In this document: positions 10,931 to 22,003 of the stretch, piece after piece | How the letters are laid out: each line of letters opens with the position of its first letter | Position numbering within the stretch: the stretch's first letter is position 1 | NCBI GenBank assembly: GCA_963663405.2 | Contig: CAXXSM010000105.1 | Location: 1-64,000 of the forward strand | Length of the DNA stretch: 64,000 bases | From: a bacterium | Lineage (GTDB): Bacteria; Hinthialibacterota; Hinthialibacteria; Hinthialibacterales; Hinthialibacteraceae | Reading direction: 5' to 3' | The notes under the pieces: generated by a model | Databases searched by the model: none | Told to the model about the DNA's origin: nothing | The model's input: only the letters and a program-made list of their open reading frames with translations | Translations under genes and position numbers: made by a program

Positions 10931-11185
10931 GTATAACCTCCCAAAGTATAAAAAAATAAATATAAATTAAACAACGGTACAATTATCATGAATATTTTAT
11001 TATTTTTCAACCGTATCAAGGTGAATTTGAAAATAAATAAAGAAAAAAACGTTTTATTAAGTTTTGAGACTAATATTTGTGGATAAACTAAAAGAAATCA
11101 AACTCTTATAGTTGTGTATACATCATCAAATGAGAAGAGAAGATAAAGAGAATCTCTCGAATTGATATTGGATAAAACAAACGAA

Positions 11186-11209
11186 AGGGCGGGTCGAAAA
11201 ACCCGCCCT
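11186..11209 (-). terminator. Intrinsic terminator of the 11270-12907 gene
   Basis: agggcgggt-cgaaaa-acccgccct stem with a U-rich tail on the minus strand. Confidence 0.7.
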
Positions 11210-11269
11210 CATTACAACGCATATAGATTCCAACGGAATCCTAAATTTATACAAATCCCCACATGTCAA

Positions 11270-12907
11270 TTAATAAAGAGACCAAGAAGCGACATCGACT
11301 GGTTCACCAACGGATGAAACGATTAAATCGTCAAACGCAATACCACCGACGACCTGACTTAAATCGCTTCCAGCGTTAATCCAGCCGAAGAGACCCACCT
11401 GTCCTTCCGCATGAGTGTCATCTTCAACAATCGCATGTAATTCCCCATTAAAATATAAATAGATTGCATTTCCTTTTACGATCACAAGGTAATCCTGCCA
11501 TTCATCCAGTGTTTGTGAAAATGCTTCGCTATAGAGTTCCGATCGGGTTCCACCGGAATAGAGAATTAGCATCAAATAGCCATTGACAAACTGCCAGGAG
11601 TAAAAATTGCTGATATCCGTCGCACGGAAGGTAATTCCCCAGTCGGCGTCGTCAACCGAACCCATTGCCCGGACGGAGATTGCGCAATCTGTCAGAGGTT
11701 CACCTGTGAGAGTAACCAATGGGCCACCGGCATCCATAAATTCATAGAAAATCCCCTCTTCAATATCCCAAAAACCAGCGAGATCTTCCCACTGATCTAC
11801 CTGCGCCGCGTCTTCGAAATCAAAGGAGAATAATTCGTCACCCACAGTGACATCGATTAAGTAAAGAGTATCCGCTCCGACAAAAGTAATCGTGCCATCT
11901 GTGCCTGTCCAGACCGCGCTATAACCAGAAACGGATGGATCATAATCCGCTGGAACAGTTACGGCATAAGAAACCGAAGAATTACCAGAAGGCACTGATA
12001 TATTCCATTCAATATTTCCACCACTCTCAGCGCCATTATCACTGATATTACTCACAGCCAATCCCGCAGGAGGAGTTTCCGTTAGTAAAGAATCAATGGG
12101 ATCCGCGCTAGGATTAAATAAATCCAACGTCACATTTATAGTTTGCCCTGGAAGAAATCTATCCGAATCCAACTTACGTGTGACACCAACAACATTTTCA
12201 ATTTGTTCCAAAACGACTTCCGACACCGTGGCTTCAACGAGGTACTCATCATCAACGTGATTGGTAATCACCAATCCCCAGGCGATTTCTTCGGGGAATT
12301 CGATGGTTTGACTGTCAGAGGGGAACCACTCGGTACCATCATACGAATATTGAGATTCTATCAAGTTGATTTCCGCATACCGCCGGATGCGCAGATAGAT
12401 CCCATCCGCAATATCAGCGACTGGGGTTGTGCCATCCTCTTCAAAAATCTGAACGTTTCCAGAAGAGCCGCCAGTTGTCAAACGCCACTGCGCGTCCACC
12501 CGGTCTCCATAACCCGCGCCCCGTAGTTCCGTCCAGTAATGACGTGAATCCGCGGCGTCGCCGGTTTCCCGCATCATGACTCCAACCTTAGACCATTCGT
12601 TGGAACCTGGATCTTCCCAGTACACTTTAGCGGAGAGAGACCAGCTGCCGGACAGATTCGAGTAGATGAAATATCCTTCATCGCTATTACCCCAGATATC
12701 ATCGCCGTTGCCACGCATCAGATAGGTGGCGTCAGCGCCCGAACCGGTTACTTCAACGCTGCCAGCAACCTTATAGTTACCCAATTGGGGTGGAGAATCC
12801 GGGCCTCCCCAATCGGCGGCATTGTCAAAAATGCCATACGGCTGCGAGAAAGCAAGCGGGCTTGCAAGGCAGAATAATGCCATGAGTACTACAAATCGAG
12901 TTTTCAT
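11270..12907 (-). CDS. Secreted acidic modular protein (ConA-like, Ig-like, DUF1080-like), VxxWxLY tail
   Basis: Signal peptide paralogous to that of 9242; GDDIWGNSDEG, WSKVGVMMR and GQVGLFGW motifs; ends VDVASWSLY. Confidence 0.85.
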   Translation of the reverse strand: MKTRFVVLMALFCLASPLAFSQPYGIFDNAADWGGPDSPPQLGNYKVAGSVEVTGSGADATYLMRGNGDDIWGNSDEGYFIYSNLSGSWSLSAKVYWEDPGSNEWSKVGVMMRETGDAADSRHYWTELRGAGYGDRVDAQWRLTTGGSSGNVQIFEEDGTTPVADIADGIYLRIRRYAEINLIESQYSYDGTEWFPSDSQTIEFPEEIAWGLVITNHVDDEYLVEATVSEVVLEQIENVVGVTRKLDSDRFLPGQTINVTLDLFNPSADPIDSLLTETPPAGLAVSNISDNGAESGGNIEWNISVPSGNSSVSYAVTVPADYDPSVSGYSAVWTGTDGTITFVGADTLYLIDVTVGDELFSFDFEDAAQVDQWEDLAGFWDIEEGIFYEFMDAGGPLVTLTGEPLTDCAISVRAMGSVDDADWGITFRATDISNFYSWQFVNGYLMLILYSGGTRSELYSEAFSQTLDEWQDYLVIVKGNAIYLYFNGELHAIVEDDTHAEGQVGLFGWINAGSDLSQVVGGIAFDDLIVSSVGEPVDVASWSLY

Positions 12908-13086
12908 GTCTAATCTCCCAAAAATAAAAAATAGATATAAGAACAGTGAAAATTTTATTAAAGATATTTTTTTATTTCAAGTTCATTAGAAAAAAAAATT
13001 GAATAAAATGGATATAAAAACGTAATACTATGTTTATAGCAGTCACCTAGGAGATAAATCAATAAATATCAAACTGTTATAGTTAT

Positions 13087-13971
13087 TTATATATTATGAT
13101 TATTATTTCGGCGGGTGAGCGTATCAGGCGTTTTCCAGCGGCGGTGCATCCACATCCACGTATCTGGATTGTTCCGAATGATATTTTCAATACGCTTTGA
13201 GAAATTTTGGGTATTCACAGCGGCGGCGCGTTCTGGATCTTCCGTGTGTATTAATGGTACGGGTTCAGAAATCCAGCCTTCATTGCGCCCATCGGACAGG
13301 CGTAGAGAGTATCCAATATGAACGGGAATATCTTTCCGCAATGCGATGGAGGCGGGGAAGACCGCCGTGCTGGCGGGCTGTCCAAAAAAATCCACCATCA
13401 CGCCTTGGTTTCCGGCGCTCTGGTCCAGCGCGATGATTAGAACGGAATTCTTTTTGAGAGCGGTCAGAGCGCCTCGCAATCCTCCAACACGCTCAATGGT
13501 CTTGAATCCCATCGCGTCAAAAAGCGTTTTTTCCACTTGGCGGATAGATTCTTTGCGTGAATGGCGAACCATGACCGTAATCGGAAGCGTTTGAGCCAAA
13601 CTCGCCGCGCCTAGGAAAATATTTCCCAGATGGGGCGCTAAAATAATGACCCCCCGTCCTTTTTCGAGACTTTTTTCAATCGTCTTAACATTATTCGCTG
13701 TATATTGGGATAGGTAGTATTCTTTCCGTTTTGGGAAACGGATCATACAGAGCGCTACGCTGATGAGATTATGCCAGGAGCGAAAGATGATTTCGCTTTT
13801 TCGTTCCAGGGGAAGGTTTTCACCCAAGGCGAGTTTAAGGTTTTGTTCCATGATGCGCCGTCTTTTAGGAAACGAGATACTCGCCAATCGAGCGAATAGA
13901 CGGGCGAGAACGATTAACATGGTCTCCGGCAGACTTTGGATGAGGCGCACTCCAACGAGAGTCCAATTCAT
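13087..13971 (-). CDS. LpxL/HtrB-like lipid A or lysophospholipid acyltransferase
   Basis: HLGN, LDQ..VDFFG and PDTWMWMHRRWK motifs. Confidence 0.88.
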   Translation of the reverse strand: MNWTLVGVRLIQSLPETMLIVLARLFARLASISFPKRRRIMEQNLKLALGENLPLERKSEIIFRSWHNLISVALCMIRFPKRKEYYLSQYTANNVKTIEKSLEKGRGVIILAPHLGNIFLGAASLAQTLPITVMVRHSRKESIRQVEKTLFDAMGFKTIERVGGLRGALTALKKNSVLIIALDQSAGNQGVMVDFFGQPASTAVFPASIALRKDIPVHIGYSLRLSDGRNEGWISEPVPLIHTEDPERAAAVNTQNFSKRIENIIRNNPDTWMWMHRRWKTPDTLTRRNNNHNI

Positions 13972-14053
13972 ACGTTTTTATAATTTCCTTACGCGAGATA
14001 ATTTCGTAATTGATGTTACGCAGGAACGACATATTTTGTAGTCTTTTACCCTA

Positions 14054-14145
14054 TAAACCATCATGATTGAGATCACAACCTGCACATGAAAATGAGTCGC
14101 GGAAGTGTTTGCGAATGAGAGAGTTCTGGAGACTCATTTTCATAT
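14054..14145 (+). repeat. ~92-bp dispersed palindromic repeat, full copy
   Basis: taaaccatcatgattgagatcacaacc head plus 13-bp stem atgaaaatgagtc/gactcattttcat. Confidence 0.88.
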
Positions 14146-14342
14146 AAATACCGTATCGTGTGGCGTAAGACTCTTTTTTTGGGTAACATTCAGTTGGTAA
14201 ATAAAACAGATTCTCTCATTTTTTTTAAAGATCGTATATAGAAAGACCCATCGTAAGTTCTTTAAAATCAACCAAATACTAAGACTCCTTAAAAAAACTT
14301 TAAAAAAAATCCTTGAGGAATGGTTTGAAACTCAATATTTTG

Positions 14343-14372
14343 TTGACAATAACTATCATCTTGACTTATAAT
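14343..14372 (+). promoter_or_regulatory. Consensus sigma70 promoter upstream of the wcaJ-like gene
   Basis: TTGACA-18 nt-TATAAT. Confidence 0.6.
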
Positions 14373-14722
14373 CATTGGCGGAGAAAATACGTAATATTCT
14401 GAATTCTTTTATTTTGCTATCCTGACGCGTCATCGTGAAGGGGCGCACAGAGGGTATTTATTGTGGTGATTCACGATCTGGAGAGAAGGCTGTAGGAAGG
14501 CTTAGGCCTGTGAGTTTCGTAAAATCGATAGAACGTTTTGCGTCACTTTGGGAGGAGCACATATAAGTTACGGTGGGAAAAAAACCTTGTAAAATTAAAC
14601 ATAACCGATGCGAAGTATTCAATAAACCGGATAATAAATTATATTATTGGGTATGTATTTTTAAAATCGGTTTTTTTTCTGTTTCGTCTTATTATAACGT
14701 GTTCTAAGTACTGATACAGCCA

Positions 14723-16159
14723 ATGAAAAAGAGAAACGAAATTAACAACAATCTTATGAAAACGGATCGATATTTCATTCCGTTACTCTTATTGCTTTTC
14801 ACCGATTTAGTCGTTCTCGTGTCTACATTTTGCTTGGCGTATTTAATACGGTTTTATACGCCGCTTTATGTGTGGTATCCCCCTCCCCTGCCACCTTATA
14901 TTCCTGATTTTGGGAATTATTTTCTTTTATCGCTCACCATAGGTGGCATAGGGATCATCATCTTTGAGCGGTTCGGTTTTTATCAGCGCCGGGTTGGTTT
15001 AGACCGTTACGCGCATCCCGCGTCAATGGTGTTGGCGATACTCGTGACATATGTTTTCATCATGGCCCTGCTCTTCAATTACCGGGGCGTGTCGTATTCC
15101 CGGATGACGGTTGGTTTGGCTGTAATTCTTTCCTGTGGTGGAATCGTATTTGTTCATTATCTACTCCGTTGCGCTCATCAATTGATGATCGACCGGGGAA
15201 TTGTTTTCTTACGGACGGTTCTAGTGGGTCCAGAATGGTGTTGTGTAGAAATTGAATCCAAACTGCAGGAGCATCACGGATCGCAGTACCAAATCATCGG
15301 ATATGTGGATACGGAAGAGAACACGTCGGTGGATTCCTCCATCCCACGGTTAGGATCAAAAGAACAGTTATCCAGCATTCTGCAAAATGAGCCGGTCGAT
15401 AACGTTATCGTCGCCATGCCCCCTAAAGACCATCAGGAGATCCTGCAAGTCATCGACACCTGCCGGGAGCGGAAAATCGCTTACCGGGTGATCCCCGATC
15501 TGTACGATCATTTGTTGCGTTGTCTGAAAATGGAAGAGATTGATGAATTGCCTCTGATCGTCTTTGGAGAAACACCGCTGCATGGCGCTGGATTGTATGC
15601 GAAACGGTTGATGGATGTATTAATCGCGAGTGTAGCGCTTATGATTTCCTCACCGTTTATGCTCCTAATCGCGATTTTGATTAAATGGGACACGAAAGGG
15701 AAAGTGTTTTACGTGCAGGAACGGATCAGCTTGGACGGACGGAAGTTCAAGATGTACAAGTTCCGTTCGATGGTCGAAGACGCTGAATTAAACACGGGCC
15801 CCACATGGGCGAAGTCATTGGATCCCCGGACTACCTATGTGGGACGGTTTATCAGGAAGTATAATCTTGACGAATTCCCCCAATTTCTGAACGTGCTGCG
15901 AGGCGATATGAGCCTCGTCGGCCCCCGGCCGGAACGGCCCTATTTCGTTGATAAATTCAAAGGCGAGATCCCCTATTATATGCGCCGCCATATCGTAAAA
16001 TCCGGCATATCGGGATGGGCGCAAGTGCATGGATGGCGGGGAGACACGTCGCTCGAAGAACGAACCAAACACGATCTTTATTATGTAGAAAACTGGTCTC
16101 TCCTATTGGATTTAAAGATTATTTGGAAAACGTTTACCTCTTTTAAAAACGCGTATTAG
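14723..16159 (+). CDS. wcaJ: Undecaprenyl-phosphate glucose phosphotransferase (WcaJ-like)
   Basis: KRLMD, FKMYKFRSM, LDEFPQFLNVLRGDMSLVGPRPER and DLYYVENWSLLLD motifs; N-terminal TMs. Confidence 0.85.
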   Translation: MKKRNEINNNLMKTDRYFIPLLLLLFTDLVVLVSTFCLAYLIRFYTPLYVWYPPPLPPYIPDFGNYFLLSLTIGGIGIIIFERFGFYQRRVGLDRYAHPASMVLAILVTYVFIMALLFNYRGVSYSRMTVGLAVILSCGGIVFVHYLLRCAHQLMIDRGIVFLRTVLVGPEWCCVEIESKLQEHHGSQYQIIGYVDTEENTSVDSSIPRLGSKEQLSSILQNEPVDNVIVAMPPKDHQEILQVIDTCRERKIAYRVIPDLYDHLLRCLKMEEIDELPLIVFGETPLHGAGLYAKRLMDVLIASVALMISSPFMLLIAILIKWDTKGKVFYVQERISLDGRKFKMYKFRSMVEDAELNTGPTWAKSLDPRTTYVGRFIRKYNLDEFPQFLNVLRGDMSLVGPRPERPYFVDKFKGEIPYYMRRHIVKSGISGWAQVHGWRGDTSLEERTKHDLYYVENWSLLLDLKIIWKTFTSFKNAY

Positions 16160-16182
16160 ATCTCCCCATACCGGCCCCGATT

Positions 16183-16647
16183 ATGAAACCTGCAAGACAC
16201 GCTTATCTGCTTACACTATTCCCCCTTCTGTTTCTCTGCCTATTAACCGGATGTGGACAATCAAGAGCAGACCGACTAGCAAACGCCGAAAGGTTATTGG
16301 AAAACGGCGACGTAGATGGAGCGAAACGCTTGTATATGAGCCTCCTCCGATTTGAATCCATCGATCCGGACGCCATCCAAGGGATGATCGAAGTCACAGG
16401 TCAGCAGAAGAACGCTTTGGACGAACATCAGAAATGGTGTGAAGCCTTACTGGCGCTGCGTCCATGGGACCGTTACGCCAACATTGTTGTTGGGAAAAAA
16501 AGAATGGCGGAAGGGAATTTAAAAGACGCGGCGGCGCGTTTTCTCTTGGCTCTGGAGGACGCGGAATTCAAAGCGGACCGGGAAGAAGCGCTGCGTTTGA
16601 TCGAACAAGCGCAAATCGCAATGAAGAAAGCAGACCAAGGACAATAG
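16183..16647 (+). CDS. TPR-like lipoprotein
   Basis: Lipobox LTGC; helical TPR-like pattern. Confidence 0.65.
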   Translation: MKPARHAYLLTLFPLLFLCLLTGCGQSRADRLANAERLLENGDVDGAKRLYMSLLRFESIDPDAIQGMIEVTGQQKNALDEHQKWCEALLALRPWDRYANIVVGKKRMAEGNLKDAAARFLLALEDAEFKADREEALRLIEQAQIAMKKADQGQ

Positions 16648-16648
16648 A

Positions 16649-17687
16649 ATGGGAGAAGAAAACGGCCGATTGAGCCGTAAAGAAGCCACCGCGTTGTTTC
16701 ATACGTCCAATGTAAACATGTTGGGGGAACGCGCTCACCAAGCGCGGATGAGGGCCACCAATCCAACGATTGTCACTTACGTCGTCGACCGCAACATCAA
16801 TTATTCGAATATCTGCGCCGCTCACTGCTCATTCTGCGCGTTTAAACGAAACTTGCTTGATGAAGACGCATACGTTCTTTCATCCGATGAACTTTACGAA
16901 AAAATCGAGGCGTTAGTAGACGTGGGCGGAACGCAGGTTCTGCTGCAAGGAGGTCATCACCCCAAACTTCCGTTTTCTTTTTATATCGATCTTCTGCGAG
17001 GAATCAAACAGCGGTTCGATGTTGATCTTCATGCCTTTTCCGCGCCGGAGATCGTTCATTTTTCCCGGATGTATAAAATGCAAACGCGGGAAACGCTGGA
17101 AAGGTTGCGGGAAGCGGGTCTCAACAGCATTCCAGGCGGTGGGGCGGAGATCTTGAGTGACCGGGTGCGATCGGAAATTACACGAGGGAAATGCCTCACT
17201 CGTGAATGGCTTTCTGTTCATGAGGAAGCGCATACGCTAGGGATGCGCACCACGGCGACAATGATGTTCGGGCAATGTGGAGACGATTGAGGAACGAATC
17301 GAGCATCTCGACCACATCCGGACGCTACAAGACAGAACCGGAGGATTTACCGCATTTATCCCCTGGACGTTTCAAGGACGGAATACTGAAATGGAGGGGG
17401 TGGCCGAATCGGGCGCGGTAGATTATTTAAAAACTCTAGCGCTATCCCGTCTGTTTTTAGACAATATTACAAACTTGCAGGCTTCATTTATAACGCAGGG
17501 AAAACAGATCGGTCAATTGGCGCTGTTTTTTGGGGCGAATGATATGGGGGGAACCATGATGGAAGAGAACGTCGTCGCAGCGACTGGAGTCTCCCATTGC
17601 AGCAATGAGAAAGAAGTGCGTTCTTTGATTGAAGACGCCGGATTTATTCCTAAAAAAAGGAACACCCTGTACCAGATTCAAAACTAA
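16649..17687 (+). CDS. mqnC: Cyclic dehypoxanthine futalosine synthase (radical SAM), split by a +1 frameshift at about 17274
   Basis: DRNINYSNICAAHCSFC, LQGGHHP, PGGGAEIL and GANDMGGTMMEENV motifs; removing one A from gggcAAtgtg restores MMFGHVETIEER. Confidence 0.85.
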
Positions 17688-17962
17688 CCACCTGTTTTTA
17701 TTAAGCTTGTATATATCCTATCCAACGACATGCTCAATTATTTAGAACTTGACAATCCAGTTAGCGCGATAAATCCCTCGATTATTATTTCCTGTCAATA
17801 TATGGACAAGAAGATAAATTCTTTGCAATTTTTTTCATGAGAAGACGTTATCAATGAATGAGAAAATAATATGGACAAGGATTGAGTTTGCTTATCAAGA
17901 CATGTACCATATTTATAGGTTTTGGAAAAATCTATTCTTTATATTTTAAGGGAGATTGTTTC

Positions 17963-18589
17963 ATGCGAAGAGGTTTTACACTTATCGAATTGCTTATTGT
18001 CGTGGCGATAATTGGGATTTTGGCCGCGATCGCTGTGCCCAATTTTCTCAATGCTCAGCTGCGTGCGAAAATTGCTCGAACACAGGCGGATATGCGTGCG
18101 ACATCGCAAGCGATTCTTCAGTTTCAGTTGGATAAGAATACGATGCTTCTCGATTATTGGGATGACGATGAAGCCTGGGCGCAGGTCCGGTGGGAGAAAG
18201 TGTTTAATCGTGTCGGCCCCCCCCCTCCCTACCACCTGTTCGAAGAACCTTACTATCCGCTCACCAGTCCTGTTTCCTATTTATCCTCCGTTCCTCAGGA
18301 TCCCTTTGCGAAACTCGAACATTCCGTTGGATTCGGCGCCGATGAAAAAGGACATTCCTATATTTATAACGACAACGATCCGGAGGGGGGCGGATATGGA
18401 ATCTCCATCAAACCGGCATTGAGAAAACAAGAACATTTTCTGGTCAGCATCGGTCCAGACGGCTGGATTGGAGTGAACAGCAGCGGAGATCTACGGGGCA
18501 TACCGTACGACTCGTCGAATGGTTTGGCCAGTTCCGGTGATCTCGTTCGCCGGGGAGACGGCGGCGCGACATACGATCCATACCAGTAA
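17963..18589 (+). CDS. Prepilin-type N-methylation domain protein (GspG-like pseudopilin)
   Basis: MRRG/FTLIELLIVVAIIGILAAIAVPNF; SD gggag; C-terminal YDSSNGLASSGDL. Confidence 0.9.
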   Translation: MRRGFTLIELLIVVAIIGILAAIAVPNFLNAQLRAKIARTQADMRATSQAILQFQLDKNTMLLDYWDDDEAWAQVRWEKVFNRVGPPPPYHLFEEPYYPLTSPVSYLSSVPQDPFAKLEHSVGFGADEKGHSYIYNDNDPEGGGYGISIKPALRKQEHFLVSIGPDGWIGVNSSGDLRGIPYDSSNGLASSGDLVRRGDGGATYDPYQ

Positions 18590-18789
18590 AAAAAACGCAG
18601 GTCCCATTTACAAAAATCATTTTTTTTGCTTAAAATACCCTATAAGACGAAGCGGCAGAAAGATTCCCGTCTTTTTGCCGTCTCGTTTTATTGACGTGGG
18701 GCAGACCGGTTTGATATGGAGGGTGTGGTTAACCGGTATGATTGTATTGTTTTTTATTGCAGGGTGATTTGAGGATGTAATATTCTGTT

Positions 18790-20308
18790 TTGGGGAGGCT
18801 GCCGTTGCATCTAAAGCGACTCGGTTTGCTTGCGGGATTGGTTTTTCTTTGTTCAATAGCAGGATTCGCTGGGCCGGTTCACACAACAGTAGACGAATTA
18901 GGCGCAGTCAAAATCGTCTATCCAGGTACGCATTACTACGCGATTGGATCCGCTGTTTGCGGCGCGGGTGATTTTGACGGGGATGGCTATTTAGACGCGG
19001 CTATCGGCGCTCCTCTCTGTGATACGATTCAGCTGAGTGAAAAATCAATCAATGGAGCGGTCTTCATCCTGTCGGGGAAGCACCTGAGCCGGGACACGGG
19101 AACGATTGATCTTTCCGCAAATTACAATGACACTATCGTTGCGGCGGGTGATTTGGAATGCCGGATTGGAAGCGTTCTGGCTCAAATTAATGATGTGAAC
19201 TTAGATGGTTGTGATGATTTGGCCATCGGTTCGGCCAGTCATCAAGCGGGATATATTCTATTTGGCCGGAAAAATCCCAATCGTACGATTGAACTCGGAG
19301 ATTTGCAAGACGGTGGCGTTGTTATAAAGAATACTGGATATTCCGCCGCTTCCGCATCGGACTTCAATGGGGATGGGTATCCAGATGTGTTATTTGGGAA
19401 TCCTTATTCGGAAGTGGTGACCGCCGGAAACAAGAAATTTCACATCGGTCAGATTTCTATAATTTACGGCCGCAGTCAATTTCCCCCCCCTATTGGACGC
19501 CATCTCTTTACCTTCATCGATTCGAGGTCTTGGCGGCGCTTTGTTTGGAACAAGCGCGGCGTGTTTAGAGGATCTTAACGATGATGGATTTTCTGACATC
19601 GTGATTGACGCTCCCAAAGGAGGAATGGATTTTAACGGACGTTCACTTATCGTACATGGCATGAAAACCATGAGTGAGAACGTGAATTATTCTTTTATTA
19701 TCGAACATTCTCATTCCGCCGTCCGTCCAGCAAAGGACGTGAATGGAGACTCGACTCCCGATCTGCTTGTCGAACTTGAGGACCGGTCGATTTTACTGCT
19801 GTGGGGTGGAGAGCATCTCAGCGGCACAATCGATCTGCGGACAATCGAGGCGCCAGCCTGGGGGACGAGGATTCTCGGCGCGCAAGCCGCGTATGGCGTG
19901 GGAGATTTGGACGGGGATGGATTTAACGACATCGCCGCGAGTTTGCCGACGGCGAATGTCAATGGGAAAATGCTGACGGGACAAGTTGTCTTTCTCTTTG
20001 GTCAACAACATTGGCCCCAGGAGATTGACATCAACAAGCTGATGGATGGGATGATTTCTCCTGTGAATTATGTTATTGTAGATGGTGTAGACGCGTTCGG
20101 CGTGTTTGGCTCATCGATCGCAGGATTGGGAGATATCCAAGGCGATGGATTTGACGACGTCATTATCGGCGCGCCAGCCGAACGGCTTCCCACCCGCGCG
20201 GCCATCCTGGAGAGTCCAGAAGCTGTCTACCTTATCCAAGGGAAAACCCTTTACTACGCACTCCAAAATCACCGCAGCCGTTTTACGCAGGGAATGAGCA
20301 CGAATTGA
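18790..20308 (+). CDS. FG-GAP/integrin-alpha repeat protein, frameshifted at a C8 tract (19483-19490)
   Basis: Repeated GDFDGDGYLDAAIGAP-type motifs in both ORF halves; C7 would join the frames. Confidence 0.8.
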
Positions 20309-20503
20309 TTTCTTCTTACCGCTTAACAAAGAGCGGATTATTTCCTCCTTTTATCGTTAGATTCCTTTGCAGAAAACAAGAGTTTACTCCAACGGACCTG
20401 TTTGAAAATACTGGGTTGTGAGTTCTCCGTATGTAGGGGAATTTGGATTGCGGTTCTTGCCATTCAAGCGTACACTCTTAAGGTTTGAATCGATCGGATT
20501 GAA

Positions 20504-21691
20504 ATGAAAATTCTGTTTCTCAATCATAATCTAATCTGGCGGGGCACATTTTTCCGCTGTTTCGGTTTCGCGCGCGAACTGGTAAAACTGGGGCATGAGG
20601 TAGATTTATGGACCGTGTCCCGTGAACCATCGCTTTGGGGACAGCGATATCTTGAGGATGGTGTGCGGATCTGGCGGACACCCCGATGGGGGCGAGTGGG
20701 GCGCCATGATGGGGGCTACGCGCCGATCGATAATCTCAGCCGTTTACTCCAAAGCTCCGTTGGATCATGGGACGTTGTCCATGCGTTCGATCACCGCCCC
20801 AATGTTCTGCTCCCTTGGCTGTGGCTGCGATTTCGGAGCCGGTTGTTTCGAAGGAACTCCCCACCGTTGTTTATGAGTGATTGGTGCGACTGGTGGACGG
20901 CAGGCGGGATTGTCTCATCCCGGCGTCCATTCGCCATGTTGGACCGGGCTGAACAACTTGTTGAAGAGGGCAGTAAAAAAATCTCCGATGGTGTCAGTGT
21001 CATCGGTTCTGTTTTGTACGGCCGGGCTAGGAAGGCAGGAATCGAGGACGAACGTCTCCTGCTTCTGCCGTCGGGTGTTAGTGTGGAGCGATTTCCACTA
21101 TTGGATCAACTTGACTGCCGGCGCCGGTTGGATTTACCGCTTGATGCGCCGATTTTCGGATTTATCGGATTTTCGTTATGGGATATGGAGCTTCTCGCGC
21201 AGGCGTTTTCCCGGATCAAATGTCAGCTGCCAGCGGCGCGCTTGCTTGTCATCGGGGGAGGAGTGGAAGAGAAGGCGAAAAACCTTTTCCGGGAGAGATT
21301 TACGCTGGGGCAGGATTTGTATCTTCCCGGAGTGATCCCTTTTTCGGAAGCGCCGTTCTATTTAGGCGCGTGTGATATCCAGCTGCTTCCTATGGAGAAC
21401 ACGATCGCGAACCGGGCCCGTGTGCCGAATAAATTATTCGATTATTTCGCGTCGGGAAGGCCGGTGATCGTGTCCAATGTAGGCGACGCGGGACAGATGG
21501 TCCACGAGGGGCAAACCGGTGTAGCCGTAGAGGAAGGAGCGGACGCCTTCGCCCGCGCGGCGGTTCAAACGCTGGAGGATCAATCCTTCGCGCAGGACTG
21601 TGGCGAACGGGCCCGGCGCCTGGCTGAGACGAATTACGCTTATGCCAACTTGACGCGGACACTTCTTGCATTTTACGAAAAAATGATGTGA
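20504..21691 (+). CDS. GT4 family glycosyltransferase
   Basis: MKILFL start; PNKLFDYFASGRPVIVSNVGD. Confidence 0.9.
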   Translation: MKILFLNHNLIWRGTFFRCFGFARELVKLGHEVDLWTVSREPSLWGQRYLEDGVRIWRTPRWGRVGRHDGGYAPIDNLSRLLQSSVGSWDVVHAFDHRPNVLLPWLWLRFRSRLFRRNSPPLFMSDWCDWWTAGGIVSSRRPFAMLDRAEQLVEEGSKKISDGVSVIGSVLYGRARKAGIEDERLLLLPSGVSVERFPLLDQLDCRRRLDLPLDAPIFGFIGFSLWDMELLAQAFSRIKCQLPAARLLVIGGGVEEKAKNLFRERFTLGQDLYLPGVIPFSEAPFYLGACDIQLLPMENTIANRARVPNKLFDYFASGRPVIVSNVGDAGQMVHEGQTGVAVEEGADAFARAAVQTLEDQSFAQDCGERARRLAETNYAYANLTRTLLAFYEKMM

Positions 21692-22003
21692 AAAAAATAC
21701 CCATATAAATAATGCGGGCTACTTTTTTAATGTGAAGCAGTCTTCATGGTTACCCGGCTTTCCATTAAAGCAATCGGAGAGATCAATGCGCGCTTGGTCT
21801 CGAAAGAATCTCAAATGGCCTGTGATTGCTAAAAAGTCATTTTATTCAACTTGCATCGAAATAATAATCGGATTATTGTAATAGTAATACGAATTATATC
21901 TATTTGAAATTTTGGTAACTGTAAATACATTCAAGGAAATATATCCTCACGGCCGCCCGGTTTTTCACGAAAGCCGTTTTTTAAGATACATTTACAGATT
22001 GAC

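Noticed and set aside
11078-11086. Single perfect DnaA box
   Set aside because: Isolated in AT-rich DNA and plausible by chance.
14477-14515. Glycine riboswitch (ctggagag)
   Set aside because: It lacks the downstream CCGAAG and CTCTCAGG elements, and the gene context does not fit.
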